64,000 nucleotides of DNA from Scyliorhinus canicula (GCF_902713615.1 NW_024055497.1:1903584-1967583); one strand, 5' to 3'; shown: positions 35,768-48,189, numbered from the stretch's first letter. Translations and numbers: made by a program. Notes: a model not told the origin generated them from the sequence alone.

Positions 35768-37130
35768 TGTTATGGGCCAGGGTTTAGAGAACCCCAAAGT
35801 GTATCATGGAGTTCACCTGACCCACAACTTTTACTAGATTGTGGTATGAGGAGCACACAGCCCACTCCACAGGTGAGGTACAGCAGAAATGGAAAAGTAT
35901 TTTTTAAAGCAAAACAATGTTTATTCTATGAACTCACCTTTTTAAAACATACAGTGAACATCTTAGCAACCATTAATTCAAATACAACCCCCAAAGAATA
36001 CAACACTAAATAATCCTTTAAGCTTTCCATTTAACATCCATAAGACTTAAAACACCTTTTACCAGAAGCACACCAGGTTAAAGTCACTACTGTTATTAGT
36101 TTTAAATCACCAGGATTGATTTACAGCCTTTAAATTACAGAGAGAGATTCATACCCCTTCTGTCTGCGACTGCAGCTATCCAGCTCTGAAAGGGAAACTA
36201 CAACACACCCTGCAGCAAACAACCTAAAATGAAAGTAAAAAGCTGACAGACAGCCCAGCTCCACCCACTCTCTGACATCACTGCAGTAGTAAAAACCCAT
36301 TTCTTAAAGGTACTCTCACTACAGATATTTATAAACACACCCATTTATAAACACCCATTTTTAAAAAAAAATTTAGATTACCCAATTATTTTTTCAATTA
36401 AGGGGCAATTTAGCGTGGCCAATCCACCTACTCTGCACATTTTTGGGTTGTGGGGGCAAAACCCACGCAGACACGGGGAGAACGTGCAAACTCCACACGG
36501 ACAGTGACCCAGAGCCGGGATCGAACCTGGGACCTCAGCGCCGTGAGGCGGTTGTGCTAACCACTAGGCCACCGTGCTGCCCTTAAAACACCCATTTTTT
36601 AAAGGTACTGTCACTACAGATATTTATATACACACCCATTTATAAACACCCATTTCTTAAAGGTACTCTCACTACAGATATTTGTATACATACCCATTAA
36701 TCAACACCCATTTCTTAAAGGTACTCTCACATGACACCCTCCCCCAAAAAGAAACCTTCAACTCTAAGATGGTTTCATTTTTCACCTTTTCACCATCCTT
36801 TAAGCAATGCACACAGAAAATATACTTTATCGTTTCAAAAACACACGCAAACAGGTATAATGATATAGTCAATTTTTGCCCCCGTTCTTCTTTCCCCAAT
36901 TGAAATCCTTCTTGATTGACAGTCTCTTTGAACAAGGAGGTCTCTATACGATCCCTTTGTGTCCGCCAATTGTAACTGTCGTGTTTCATGGCCATTTTCT
37001 GAAGTTCAAACTCTCTCTCGATCTTTTTCCCTGATCTGTATCTCCCTTTCTCTTTCTTTTTGTTCTGCTGGGGCTATTCTTTCTGTTTTCCTCTCTCTCT
37101 TTTTCCTCTCTCTCTCTTCTCTCACATGAT
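35768..37130 (-). mobile_element. Deleted LTR element inserted in a CR1 copy (CR1 at ~35490-35767 and ~37130-37610), with nested V-SINE
   Basis: LTR-like TGTTATGGG..CTCACATGACA (to ~36736) followed by PPT-like CCCTCCCCCA; internal ~58-bp repeats; second CTCTCACATGA end at ~37120. Confidence 0.6.
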
Positions 37131-37614
37131 ATTACAAAGGCTAGAATCCCACTTGCCTTCCATATTCCCTGCTGTACCGACGTGCTAATTTCCTGCGATT
37201 GATGCACGAGTACACCCAGATCCCTCTCCAACAAAACACTTTGAAGTGTCTCTGCATTGATAATAAATTGCCTTTCCATCTTTCTGTCCAAAATGGATAA
37301 CCTCATACTCATCCACATGAAACTCCGTCTACCACATTGGCCCAATCACCTAACCTATCTACAACCATTTGTATTATTTCCTCATTGCAAAGGTGTCAAC
37401 TATCTACCTTATCGATCGATGCTCCTCATTATTTTATAGACCTCTATAAGATCGCCCCGAAGCCTCCTACGCTCCAGGAAAAAAGTCCCAGCCCATCCAC
37501 CCTCTCCTTATCACTCAGACCATCAAGTCCTGGTCGCATCCTCGTAAATCTCTTCCACACTCTTTCTCATCTAACAATATCCTTCCTGTCATAGGGTGAC
37601 CCGACCTGAACGCA

Positions 37615-37902
37615 ACACTGTGGCTTCACCGCGCCAGGGTCCCGGGTTCGATTCCCCGCTGGGACGCTGTCTGTGCGGAGTCTGCACGTTCTCCCCCGTG
37701 TCTGCGTGGATTTCCTCCAGGTGCTACGGTTTCCTCACACAGTCCAAAGACGTGCAGGTTAGGTGGATTGGACTTGCTAAATTGTCCCTCAGTATCCAAA
37801 AAAGGTTAGGGGGAAGGGGGTTATTAGGTTACGGGGATAGGGTGGATGTGAGGGCTTAAGTGGGTCAGTGCCGACTCCTTCTGCACTGTATGTTCTATGT
37901 TC
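37615..37902 (+). mobile_element. V-SINE in CCNB1IP1 intron 1, sense orientation
   Basis: GGGTTCGATTCCCC box B, V core, TGTTCTATGTTC tail. Confidence 0.85.
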
Positions 37903-38284
37903 AGGGATCTCTCACCCCACCCTCCCACATATAGACCACACACAGAACAGACAGTGCAGAAGGAGGCCATTAGGCCCATGGACGACTTCAACAAGAAGTT
38001 ATTTAGTTGTCCCGATTCTTGGGGAATGGTTTGAGGGGACTGGTATGGGGAAGGTGGATAAACACGAGAGAGTGAGGAAGAGAAGAATGTGGTGTTGGGG
38101 TGAGATGGAGAAGGGGGTAGCAGGAGTTGGGCTGAATGGCCTGTTTTGGTGGTGGCAGTCCGGTCTAATTCAATGATTTCAGTCCAGACGGGTCAGTTAG
38201 AGTTGCTTCCACTCTCCCCCCACCGATTCCATGGAATCCAGTCTCCGTTTGGCTGGGGCGAATTTTAACCTGCGGTTCTTTCAG

Positions 38285-38615
38285 ATCCACCAGGAGCGGA
38301 TGTACCAGGAGTCCGCCTACAGCAAAGCGGAGGGCCGGCTGAAGCAAATGGACAAACTCTACACTCAGCAGCTGCAGGGCAAGGACATGGAGGTGAGCAA
38401 CAGCCGCAGTGAGGTGTCCTCGCTCAAGAAGATGCTGGAGGAGTACAAGAAGAAGTACAGCGAGGTGTCGGAGAAGCTGATGGACAGGAACCGGCAGTAC
38501 CAGAAGCTGCAAGGCTTCTACGACAGCCTGCGCCTGCGCAGCATGGCCATGGTGGGCGGGGGCGATGCCCCGGCGGCAGTGGGCCCCGCCGGAGCCCTGT
38601 ACGGCATGCCTTTAG
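38285..38615 (+). CDS. CCNB1IP1: CCNB1IP1/HEI10 coding exon 2 (coiled coil)
   Basis: IHQERMYQESAYSKAEGRLKQMDKLYTQQ..RQYQKLQGFYDSLRLR matches HEI10; TTTCAG acceptor, TAG|GTACG donor, phase 0 to 1. Confidence 0.96.
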
Positions 38616-38759
38616 GTACGAGCACCGCAGTCACGTCCCACGGAAAACCCTCCTTGGCAACCCGAGTTCAGTTGCCCGCGCCATTTGGACAACGTGACCA
38701 CGAGTGCTTTCGAGTTCCAGCCCGAAATCCCACCGGCCGTCACGTCCATGTCCTGGAGA

Positions 38760-41195
38760 AGACTTTAGCCCGGCCAATCCACTTAACCTGCACATCGTTA
38801 GACACTAAGGGACAATTTAGCATGGCCTGTCCACCTAAACTGCACATTGTTGGACACTAAGGGACAATTTAGCAGGGCCAATCCACCCAAACTGCACATC
38901 TTTGAACACTAAGAAGTGACAATTTAGCACGGCCAATCCCCCTAACCTGTACATCTTTGGACACTAATGGACAATTTAACATGGCCAATCCACCCAACCC
39001 TGTACATCTTTAGCCACTAAGGGACAATTTAGAACGGCCAATCCACTTATCCTGCGCATCTTTGATCACTAAGGGACAATTTCGCATGGCCAATCCACCT
39101 AATCTACACACCTTTGTAGACTAAAGGACAATTTAGCACGGCCAATCCACCTAACCTACACACCTTTGGAGACTAAGGGACAATTTAGCACGGCCAATCC
39201 ACCTAACCTACACACCTTTGGAGACTAAGGGGCAATTTAGCACGGCCAATCCACCTAACCTGCACATCTTTGGACACTAAGGGACAATTTAACATGGCCA
39301 ATCCACCTAACCTGCACAGCTTTGACACTAAGGGACAATTTAGCACGGCCAAACCACCTAACGTGCACATCTTTGGACACTAAAGGATGATTTAGCACGG
39401 CCAATCTACCTAACCTGCACCTCTTTGACACTGAGGGACAATTTAGCACGGCCAATCTACCTAACCTACACATCTTTGGAGAGTAAGGGACAATATCGCA
39501 CAGCCAATCTACCTAACCTGCACCTCTTTGACACTGATGGACAATTTAGCACGGCCAATCTACCTAACCTACACATCTTTGGAGACTAAGAGGCAATTTA
39601 GCAGGGCCAATTCACCTATCCTGCACATCTTTGGACACAAAGGGACAATTTAGCATGGCCAATCCACCTAACCTGCACATCTTTGGACACAAAGGGACAA
39701 TTTATCATGGCCAATCCACCTAACCTGCACATCTTTGGACACTAAGAGACAATTTAGCGTGGCCGATCCACTTAACCTGCACATCTCTGGTCACTAAGCA
39801 ACAATTTAGCACGGCCAATCCACCTAACCTGCACATCTTTGGACACTAAGGGACAATTTAGCCTGGCCAATCCACCTAACCTGCACATCTTTGGACACAC
39901 AGGGACAATTTAGCATGGTCAATCCACCTAACCTGCACATCTTTGGACACTAAGGGACAATTTAGCCTCGCCAATCCCCCTAACCTGCACATCTTTGGAC
40001 ACTAAGGGACAATTTAGCATGGCCAATCCCCCTAACCAGAAAGCGCAATTCAGCGCGGTCAATCCCCCTAACCTGGACATCTTTGGATACTAAGGGGCAA
40101 TTTAACACGGCCAATCCATCTAACCTGGACATCTTTGGACACGGAAGGGGCAATTTAGCACGGCCAATCTACCTAACCTACACATCTTTGGAGACTAAGA
40201 GGCAATTTAGCAGGGCCAATTCACCTATCCTGCACATCTTTGGATACTAAGGGGCAATTTAACACGGCCAATCCATCTAACCTGGACATCTTTGGACACG
40301 GAAGGGGCAATTTAGCACGGCCAATCTACCTAACCTACACATTTTTGGAGACTAAGAGGCAATTTAGCAGGGCCAATTCACCTATCCTGCACATCTTTGG
40401 ACACAAAGGGACAATTTAGCATGGCCAATCCACCTAACCTGCACCTCTTTGACACTGAGGGACAATTTAGCACGGCCAATCTACCTAACCTACACATCTT
40501 TGGAGACTAAGAGGCAATTTAGCAGGGCCAATTCACCTATCCTGCACATCTTTGGACACAAAGGGACAATTTAGCATGGCCAATCCACCTAACCTGCACA
40601 TCTTTGGACACAAAGGGACAATTTATCATGGCCAATCCACCTAACCTGCACATCTTTGGACACTAAGAGACAATTTAGCGTGGCCGATCCACCTAACCTG
40701 CACATCTCTGGTCACTAAGCAACAATTTAGCACGGCCAATCCAGCTAACCTGCACATCTTTGGACACTAAGGGACAATTTAGCCTGGCCAATCCCCCTAA
40801 CCTGCACATCTTTGGACACGAAGGGACAATTTAGCACGGCCAATCCACCTAACCTGCACATCTTTGGACACTCAGGGACAATTTAGCATGGTCAATCCAC
40901 CTAACCTGCACATCTTTGGACACTAAGGGACAATTTAGCCTCGCCAATCCCCCTAACCTGCACATCTTTGGACACTAAGGGACAATTTAGCATGGCCAAT
41001 CCCCCTAACCAGAAAACGCAATTCAGCACGGTCAATCCCCCTAACCTGGACATCTTTGGATACTAAGGGGCAATTTAACACGGCCAATCCATTTTGCCTG
41101 GACATCTTTGGACACGGAAGGGGCAATTTAGCACGGCTAATCTACCTATCCTGCACATCTTGGTCACTAAGCGCCAATTTAACATGGCCAATTCA
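38760..41195. repeat. 52-bp satellite derived from the V-SINE core (~47 units)
   Basis: Unit CTAAGGGACAATTTAGCATGGCCAATCCACCTAACCTGCACATCTTTGGACA, antisense to the SINE core. Confidence 0.95.
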
Positions 41196-41227
41196 CGTAA
41201 CGGTGCGGGGGGGGGGGGGGGGGGGAG

Positions 41228-43565
41228 TGGGATACGGACTAGACTGGCTGTGGAGAGGGGATCAGACTGGCTGTGGAGAGTGGATTAGCCTGGGTGTGGA
41301 GGGGGTCTTAGCCTGGGTGTGGAGAGTGGATTAGCCTGGGCATGGAGAGGGGATTAGCCTGGGTGTGGAGAGAGGATTAGACTGGGTGTGGAGAGGGAAA
41401 TAGACTGGATGTGGAGAGGGGATTAGACTGACTGTGGGGGGGGATTAGACTGGGTGTGGAGAGGGGATTAGACTGGGTGTGGAGGGGAATTGACTGGGTG
41501 TGGAGAAGGGATTAGACGGTGTGGAGAGTGGATTAGACTGGGTGTGGAGAGGGGATTAGACTGGGTGTGGAGGGGAATTGACTGGGTGTGGAGAGGGGAT
41601 TAGCCTGGATGTGGAGAGGGGATTAGACTGGGTGTGGAGAAGGGATTAGACGGTGTGGAGAGTGGATTAGACTGGGTGTGGAGAGGGGATTAGACTGGGT
41701 GTGGAGAGGGGATTAGACTGGGTGTGGAGAGGGGATTAGACAGGGTGTGGAGAGCGGATTAGACAGGGTGTGGAGAGGGGATTAGACTGGGTGTGGAGAG
41801 GGGATTAGCCTGGGTGGGGAGAGGGGATTAGACTGGGTGTGGAGAGGGGATTAGACTGGGTGTGGAGAGGGGATTAGACTGGGTGAGAGGGGATTAGACT
41901 GTGTGGAGAGGGGATTAGACTGGGTGGAGAGGGGATTAGACTGGGTGTGGAGAGGGGATTAGACTGGGTGTGGAGAGGGGATTAGACTGGTGTGGATAGG
42001 GGATTAGACTGGTGTGGAGAGGGATTAGACTGGGTGTGGAGAGGGGAATTAGACTGGGTGTGGAGGAGGGGATTAGACTGGGTGTGGAGAGGGGATTAGA
42101 CTGGGTGTGGAGAGGGGATTAGACTGGGGTGTGGAGAGGGGATTAGACTGGGTGTGGAGAGGGGATTAGACTGGGTGTGGAGAGGGGATTAGACTGGGTG
42201 TGGAGGGGATTAGACTGGGTGTGGAGAGGGGATTAGACTGGGTGTGGAGAGGGGATTAGACTGGGTGTGGAGAGGGGATTAGACTGGGTGTGGAGAGGGA
42301 TTAGACTGGGTGGAGAGGGGATTAGACTGGGTGTGAGAGGGGATTAGACTGGGTGTGGAGAGGGGATTAGACTGGGTGTGGAGAGGGGATTAGACTGGGT
42401 GTGGAGAGGGGATTAGACTGGGTGTGGAGAGGGGATTAGACTGGGTGTGGAGAGGGGATTAGACTGGGTGTGGAGAGGGGATTAGACTGGGTGTGGAGAG
42501 GGGATTAGACTGGGTGTGGAGAGGGGATTAGACTGGGTGTGGAGAGGGGATTAGACTGGGTGTGGAGAGGGGATTAGACTGGGTGTGGAGAGGGGATTAG
42601 ACTGGGTGTGGAGAGGGGATTAGACTGGGTGTGGAGAGGGGATTAGACTGGGTGTGGAGAGGGGATTAGACTGGGTGTGGAGAGGGGATTAGACTGGGTG
42701 TGGAGAGGGGATTAGACTGGGTGTGGAGAGGGGATTAGACTGGGTGTGGAGAGGGGATTAGACTGGGTGTGGAGAGGGGATTAGACTGGGTGTGGAGAGG
42801 GGATTAGACTGGGTGTGGAGAGGGGATTAGACTGGGTGTGGAGAGGGGATTAGACTGGGTGTGGAGAGGGGATTAGACTGGGTGTGGAGAGGGATTAGAC
42901 TGGGTGTGGAGAGGGGATTAGACTGGGTGTGGAGAGGGGATTAGACTGGGTGTGGAGAGGGGATTAGACTGGGTGTGGAGAGGGGATTAGCCTGGGTGTG
43001 GAGAGGGGATTAGACTGGGTGTGGAGAGGGGGTTAGATGGTGTCGAGAGGGGATTAGACTGGGTGTGGAGAGGGGATTAGACTGGGTGTGGAGAGGGGAT
43101 TAGACTGGGTGTGGAGAGGGGATTAGACTGGGTGTGGAGAGGGGATTAGACTGGGTGTGGAGAGGGGATTAGACTGGGTGTGGAGAGGGGATTAGACTGG
43201 GTGTGGAGAGGGGATTAGACTGGGTGTGGAGAGGGGATTAGCCTGGGTGTGGAGAGGGGATTAGACTGGGTGTGGAGAGTGGATTAGACTGGGTGTGGAG
43301 AGGGGATTAGACTGGGTGTGGATAGGGGATTAGACTGGGTGTGGAGAGGGGATTAGACTGTGTGTGGAGAGGGGATTAGACTGGGTGTGGAGAGGGGATT
43401 AGACTGGGTGTGGAGGGGGGATTAGACTGGGTGTGGAGAGGGGATCAGCCTGGGTCTGGATAGGGGATTAGACTGGGTGTGGAGAGGGGATTAGACTGGG
43501 TGTGGAGACTGGTTTAGACTCCACGCACAGAGAGGTGAGATTGGGTGTGGATAGAGGGATTAGCC
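41228..43565. repeat. 23-bp G-rich minisatellite (~100 units)
   Basis: Unit GATTAGACTGGGTGTGGAGAGGG, highly homogeneous in the centre. Confidence 0.97.
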
Positions 43566-43617
43566 TCCGTGCGGCATTAATGAAAATGCTGGTCACACAT
43601 TCGTTTCTCACCAACAG

Positions 43618-43832
43618 GCAGGACCTCCCAGTTTGTTCCGATGGAGAATCCCCTGAGGAAGGAGTCCTCCGAGGGTGACTTCCACCTTCGGCCGTCCTTC
43701 TTTGGCTCGCCGGCGCCCGATGGCCCAGGGGGCTTTTTCGGCTTCTCTCCAGGTGAAGACCGGGCTCCACATCATCACCGGCCTCAGGACCCCAATCCAG
43801 GGCCCTCCAGCTCCTTCAAGATGAAGATGTGA
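43618..43832 (+). CDS. CCNB1IP1: CCNB1IP1/HEI10 coding exon 3
   Basis: CAACAG acceptor in phase 1; EGDFHLRPSFFGSP..FFGFSP..FKMKM matches human DGDFQFRPFFAGSP..FFSF..FKVKRI; total CDS 843 nt, 280 aa. Confidence 0.92.
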
Positions 43833-44106
43833 TGGTGCAGAGTGCGGGGCCTAGCGGTGGATGTTGTGAACCAGAGGGACATCCGGTCTCACTTCGGACG
43901 CAACGGAATCTAACCAGCGTGGCTGTCGGCAAACGTTTTGTGCCGGGTGGTCAGTCGCCTTTTGCTGACGGGCCATAACCTGTTGGTAGCAGCCAGCTCC
44001 CCTTGGCCTGTCTCCCCCATCCTCAGTAAGAATCTGTTAGAGCTGAGAATCATCCCTAGGCTGACGGCCTTTCACCATGTTGCTTTGTTCTTTTAAGGGT
44101 TCAATG

Positions 44107-44112
44107 AATAAA
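44107..44112 (+). terminator. Polyadenylation signal of CCNB1IP1
   Basis: First AATAAA after the stop codon, followed by U/GU-rich sequence. Confidence 0.6.
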
Positions 44113-44409
44113 TGTTTGTCTCTTCCAAGTGAATTCTGGTCTACTCGTCATTTTACCTCCATGTCTGCAAACACCGTCTGCCCTCAAACCATCTCCAGAA
44201 CCCGCCCAAGGAGGCACAGCATCAGAAAGCTCGGAATGAGGCCGTTCAGCTCATCCACAGAGGAAGTGCGACCCCTATTCATACCAGGCCCCTCCTTTTG
44301 GCCGCCCCCAGGGGCGTCATGTGCTTTTTGAAACTACTTACTGAATCTGCTCCCGAGTGCCTCGTACGGCAGCACACCTCAGCTCAGCACAACAATCAAC
44401 CTAATCCTT

Positions 44410-45620
44410 TTGAGGAAGGATGTGGAAGCTTTGGAAAAGGTGTAAAGGAGACTTACCAGGATGTTGCCTGGAATGGAGAGTAGGTCTTACGAGGAAAGGT
44501 TGAGGATGCTAGGCCTTTTCTCATTCGAACGGAGAAGGATGAGGGGCGAGTTGATAGAGGTTTATAAGATGATCAGGGGAATAGATAGAGCAGACAGTCA
44601 GCGACTTTCCCCAGGGTGGAACAAACCATTACAAGGGGACATAAATTTAAGGTGAATGGTGGAAGATATGAAAATGAAAATCGCTTTATTGTCACGAGTA
44701 GGCTTCAATGAAGTTACTGTGAAAAGCCCCTAGTCGCCACATTCCGGCACATTCTGTCTGGGGAGGCTGGTGCGGGAATCGAACCGTGCTGCTGGCCTGC
44801 TTTAAAAGCCAGCGATTTAGCCCAGTGAGCTAAACCAGCCCCTGTTTCTATGGTGCATCTGATAGAGGGGGAATGTCAGAGGTAGGTTCTTTACCCAGAG
44901 TAGTGGGGGCAATGAAAGCACTGCCTGTGGAAGTAGTTGAGTCGGAAACATTCGGGACCTTCAAGCGGCTATTGGATAGGTACATGGATTATGGTAGAAT
45001 TATGGCGTGTAGATTAATTTGTTCTTAAGGGCAGCACGGTAGCATTGTGGATAGCACAATTGGTTCACAGCTCCAGGGTCCCAGGTTCGATTCCGGCTTG
45101 GGTCACTGTCTGTGTGGAGTCTGCACATCCTCCCCGTGTGTGCGTGGGTTTCCTCCGGGTGCTCCGGTTTCCTCCCACAGTCCAAAGATGTGCGGGTTGG
45201 GTGGATTGGCCATGATAAATTGCCCTTAGTGTCCAAAATTCTATGATAATCTAGGATTAACCTAGGACAAAAGTGCGGCACAACATTGTGGGCCGAAGGG
45301 CCTGTTCTGTGCTGTATTTCTCTATGTTCTCACCCCTCGAACATGTTCACCCATGCACTCAGCTCGATCTGCAACAACAACCCATTAGTCTCCGGCACGG
45401 AAGACACAGGGTCGCAGCGGAAGGGTGCTTTCTGAATGGAAGGCTGTGACTAGCGGCGTTCCACAGGGGGATCAGTTCTAGGACCTTTGTTGTTCGTCGT
45501 GTATATAAATGATTTGGATGAAAATGTAGCTGGTCTGATTAGTAAGTTTGCAGACGACACAGAAATTGATGGAATTGCGGATAGTGAAGAGGATTGTCAG
45601 AGGATACAGCAGGACATAAA
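44410..45620 (+). mobile_element. CR1 fragments with nested short SINE (44669-44843) and V-SINE (45029-45330)
   Basis: SYEERLRMLGLFSFERRRMRGELIEVYK and YINDLDENV..KFADDT. Confidence 0.85.
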
Positions 45621-47160
45621 TTGGATTGGATTTGATTTGTTTATTGTCACGTGTACCGAGGTACAGTGAAAAGTATTTTTCTGCGAGCAGCTCAACAGAT
45701 CATTAAGTATATGGGAAGAGAGGGGAATAAAAGAAAATACAAAATAGGGCAACACAAGGTACACAATGTACCTACATAAGCACTGGCATCAGATGAAGCA
45801 TACAGGGTGTAGTGTTAATGAGGTCAGTCAATAAGAGGGTCATTTAGGCGTCTGGTGACAGTGGGGAAGAAGCTGTTTTTGAGTCTGTTCGTGCGTGTTC
45901 TCAGACTTCTGTATCTCCTGCCCAATGGAAGAAGTTGGAAGAGTGAGTAAGCCGGGTGGGAGGGATCTTTGATTATGCTGCCCACTTTCCCCAGGCAGCG
46001 GGAGGTGTAGATGGAGTCAATGGATGGGAGGCAGGTTCGTGTGATGGACTGGGCGGTATTCATGACTCTCTGAAGTTTCTTGCGGTCCTGGGCCGAGCAG
46101 TTGCCATACCAGGCTGTGATGCAGCCCGATAGGATGCTTTCTATGGTGCATCTGTAAAAGTTGGTAAGGGTTAATGTTGACATGCTGAATTCCTTAGTTT
46201 CCTGAGGAAGTATAGGCGCTGTTGTACTTTCTTGGTGGTAGCATCAATGTGGGTGGACCAGGACAGATTTTTGGAGATCTGCACTCCTAGGAATTTGAAA
46301 CTGCTCACCATCTCCACCTCGGCCCCTTTGATGCTGACAGGGGTGTGTACAGTACTTTGCTTCCTGAAGTCAATGACCAGCTCTTTAGTTTTGCTGGCAT
46401 TGAGGGAGAGGTTGTTGTTGTTGCACCACTCCACTAGGTTCTCTATCTCCCTCCTGTATTCTGACTCGTTGTTATTCGAGATCTAGCCCACTATGGTCGT
46501 ATTGTCAGAAAACTTGTAGATGGAGTTGGAACCAAATTTTGCCATGCAGTTGTGTGTGTACAGGGAGTAGAGTAGGGGGCTAAGTACGCAGCCTTGCAGG
46601 GCCCCGGTATTGAGGACTATTGTGGAGGAGGTGTTGGTGTTCATTCTTACTGATTGTGGTCTGTTGGCCAAAGTCAAGGATCTAGTTGCAGAGTGGAGAG
46701 CCAAATCCTAGGCTTTGGAGCTTTGATATGAGCTTGGTTGGGATTATGGTGTTGAAGGCGGAGCTGTAGTCAATAAATAGGAGTCTGATGTAGGAGTCCT
46801 TGTTTTCGAGATGCTCTCGGGATGAGTGTCGGGCCAGGGAAATGGCATCTGATGTGGACTGGTTGCAAAGGTATGCAAATTGCAGTGGATCAAGGCGTTC
46901 TGGGAGTATGGAGGTGATGCGCTTTATGATCAGCCTCTCGAAGCACTTCATTACGACTGAAGTCAGGGCCACCGGACGGAAGTCATTAAGGCACGTTGCC
47001 TGGTTCGTCTTTGGTACCGGTATGATGGTGGTCTTCTTGAAGCAGGTGGGGGCCTCAGGGTGGAGTAGGGATAGGTTAAAGATGTCTGTGAATACCTCTG
47101 CCAGCTGACAGGCTCTGAGTGCACAACCAGGGATCCGGTCCGGGCCCGTCGCCTTCCGAG
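45620..47160 (-). mobile_element. Rex1/Babar-clade LINE, RT to 3' end
   Basis: [64 protein letters not shown]; (ATCCA)n tail. Confidence 0.88.
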
Positions 47161-47879
47161 GTTTCCAAAGAGCCGGGGAGATCTCCCTGGTTTACTGCTT
47201 AATATTCATCCCTCAACAAACATCACTGAACAGATTCTCTGGTCACAATCACATTTCTGTTTGTGGGATCTTGGTGAATTGGCTGTGCTAAATTGCCCCT
47301 TAGTGTCCAAAGGTGAAGTGGGGTTACAGGGAGAGGGCGGAGGAAGGGGTAAGGGGGGATGCTCTTTTGTAGGGTTGGTGCAAACTCGATGGCCGGATAG
47401 CCTCCTTCGGCACTGGAGGGATTCTATGATGCTGCCAGAGCTGTTGAGTTAATCTAGAATTTTATGCTTTTATTCTATATTACACACCTTTTTAATCCAC
47501 TGATTATATTTATTGAACCATTGTACCATCGACTACCAGGAGCAGTGTGTTGATGTTTCAGCTATTTCAGCCTTGGGTGACTGTGTGGAGTTTGCACGTT
47601 CTCCCCGTGTCTGTGTGGGTTCCAGTTTTCTCCCACAGTCCAAAGATGTGCAGGTTAGGTGGATTGGCCGTGCTAAATTGCCCGTAGTGTTCAAAAAAAA
47701 GTTAGGTGGAGTTACTGGGTTACGGGGATTGGTGGAGGCATGGGTTTAAGTAGGCTGTTCTTTCCAAGGGCCGGTGCAGGCTCGAATGCCGAATGGCCTC
47801 CTTCTGTAAATTCTCTGATTCTGTATGATTTTCTCTCTCACTGTCTGATCCAATGGGTCTGTCTGGTAGTATTTCCCTG

Positions 47880-48172
47880 ATGGTAGCACAGTGGTTAGCA
47901 CTGTTGTTTCACAGCACCAGGGCCCCGAGTTCAAATCCCGCTTGGGTCACCGTCCGTGCGGATTCTGCAGGTTCTCCCCGTGTCTGCGTGGGTTTCCTCC
48001 GGGAGCTCCGGTTTCCTCCCACAAGTCCTCAAAGACGTACTGTTAGGTGAATTGGACAGTCTGAATTCTCCCTGTGTACCCGAACAGGCGCCAGAGTGTG
48101 GCGACGATGGGCTTTTCACAGTAACTTAATTGCAGAGTTAATGAAAGCCTACTTGTGACAATAATAATAATC
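47880..48172 (+). mobile_element. V-SINE head joined to the CTTTTCACAGTAACTT tail
   Basis: V-SINE 5' half then CCCGAACAGGCGCC..GTGACAATAATAAT; similar copies at 29770-29948, 57018-57297, 58150-58447, 63330-63971. Confidence 0.8.
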
Positions 48173-48189
48173 TTTATGTGTTATGGTGT

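Noticed and set aside
38760-41195. CRISPR array
   Set aside because: Head-to-tail repeats with no unique spacers; unit derives from a SINE; eukaryotic context with no cas genes
41228-43565. Telomeric repeat or immunoglobulin switch region
   Set aside because: Unit is 23 bp, not TTAGGG; lacks AGCT motifs and no Ig exons nearby
34550-43617. Intronic snoRNA (human CCNB1IP1 hosts SNORD126)
   Set aside because: No convincing box C/D pair with terminal stem seen by eye; a snoscan/Infernal run would be needed
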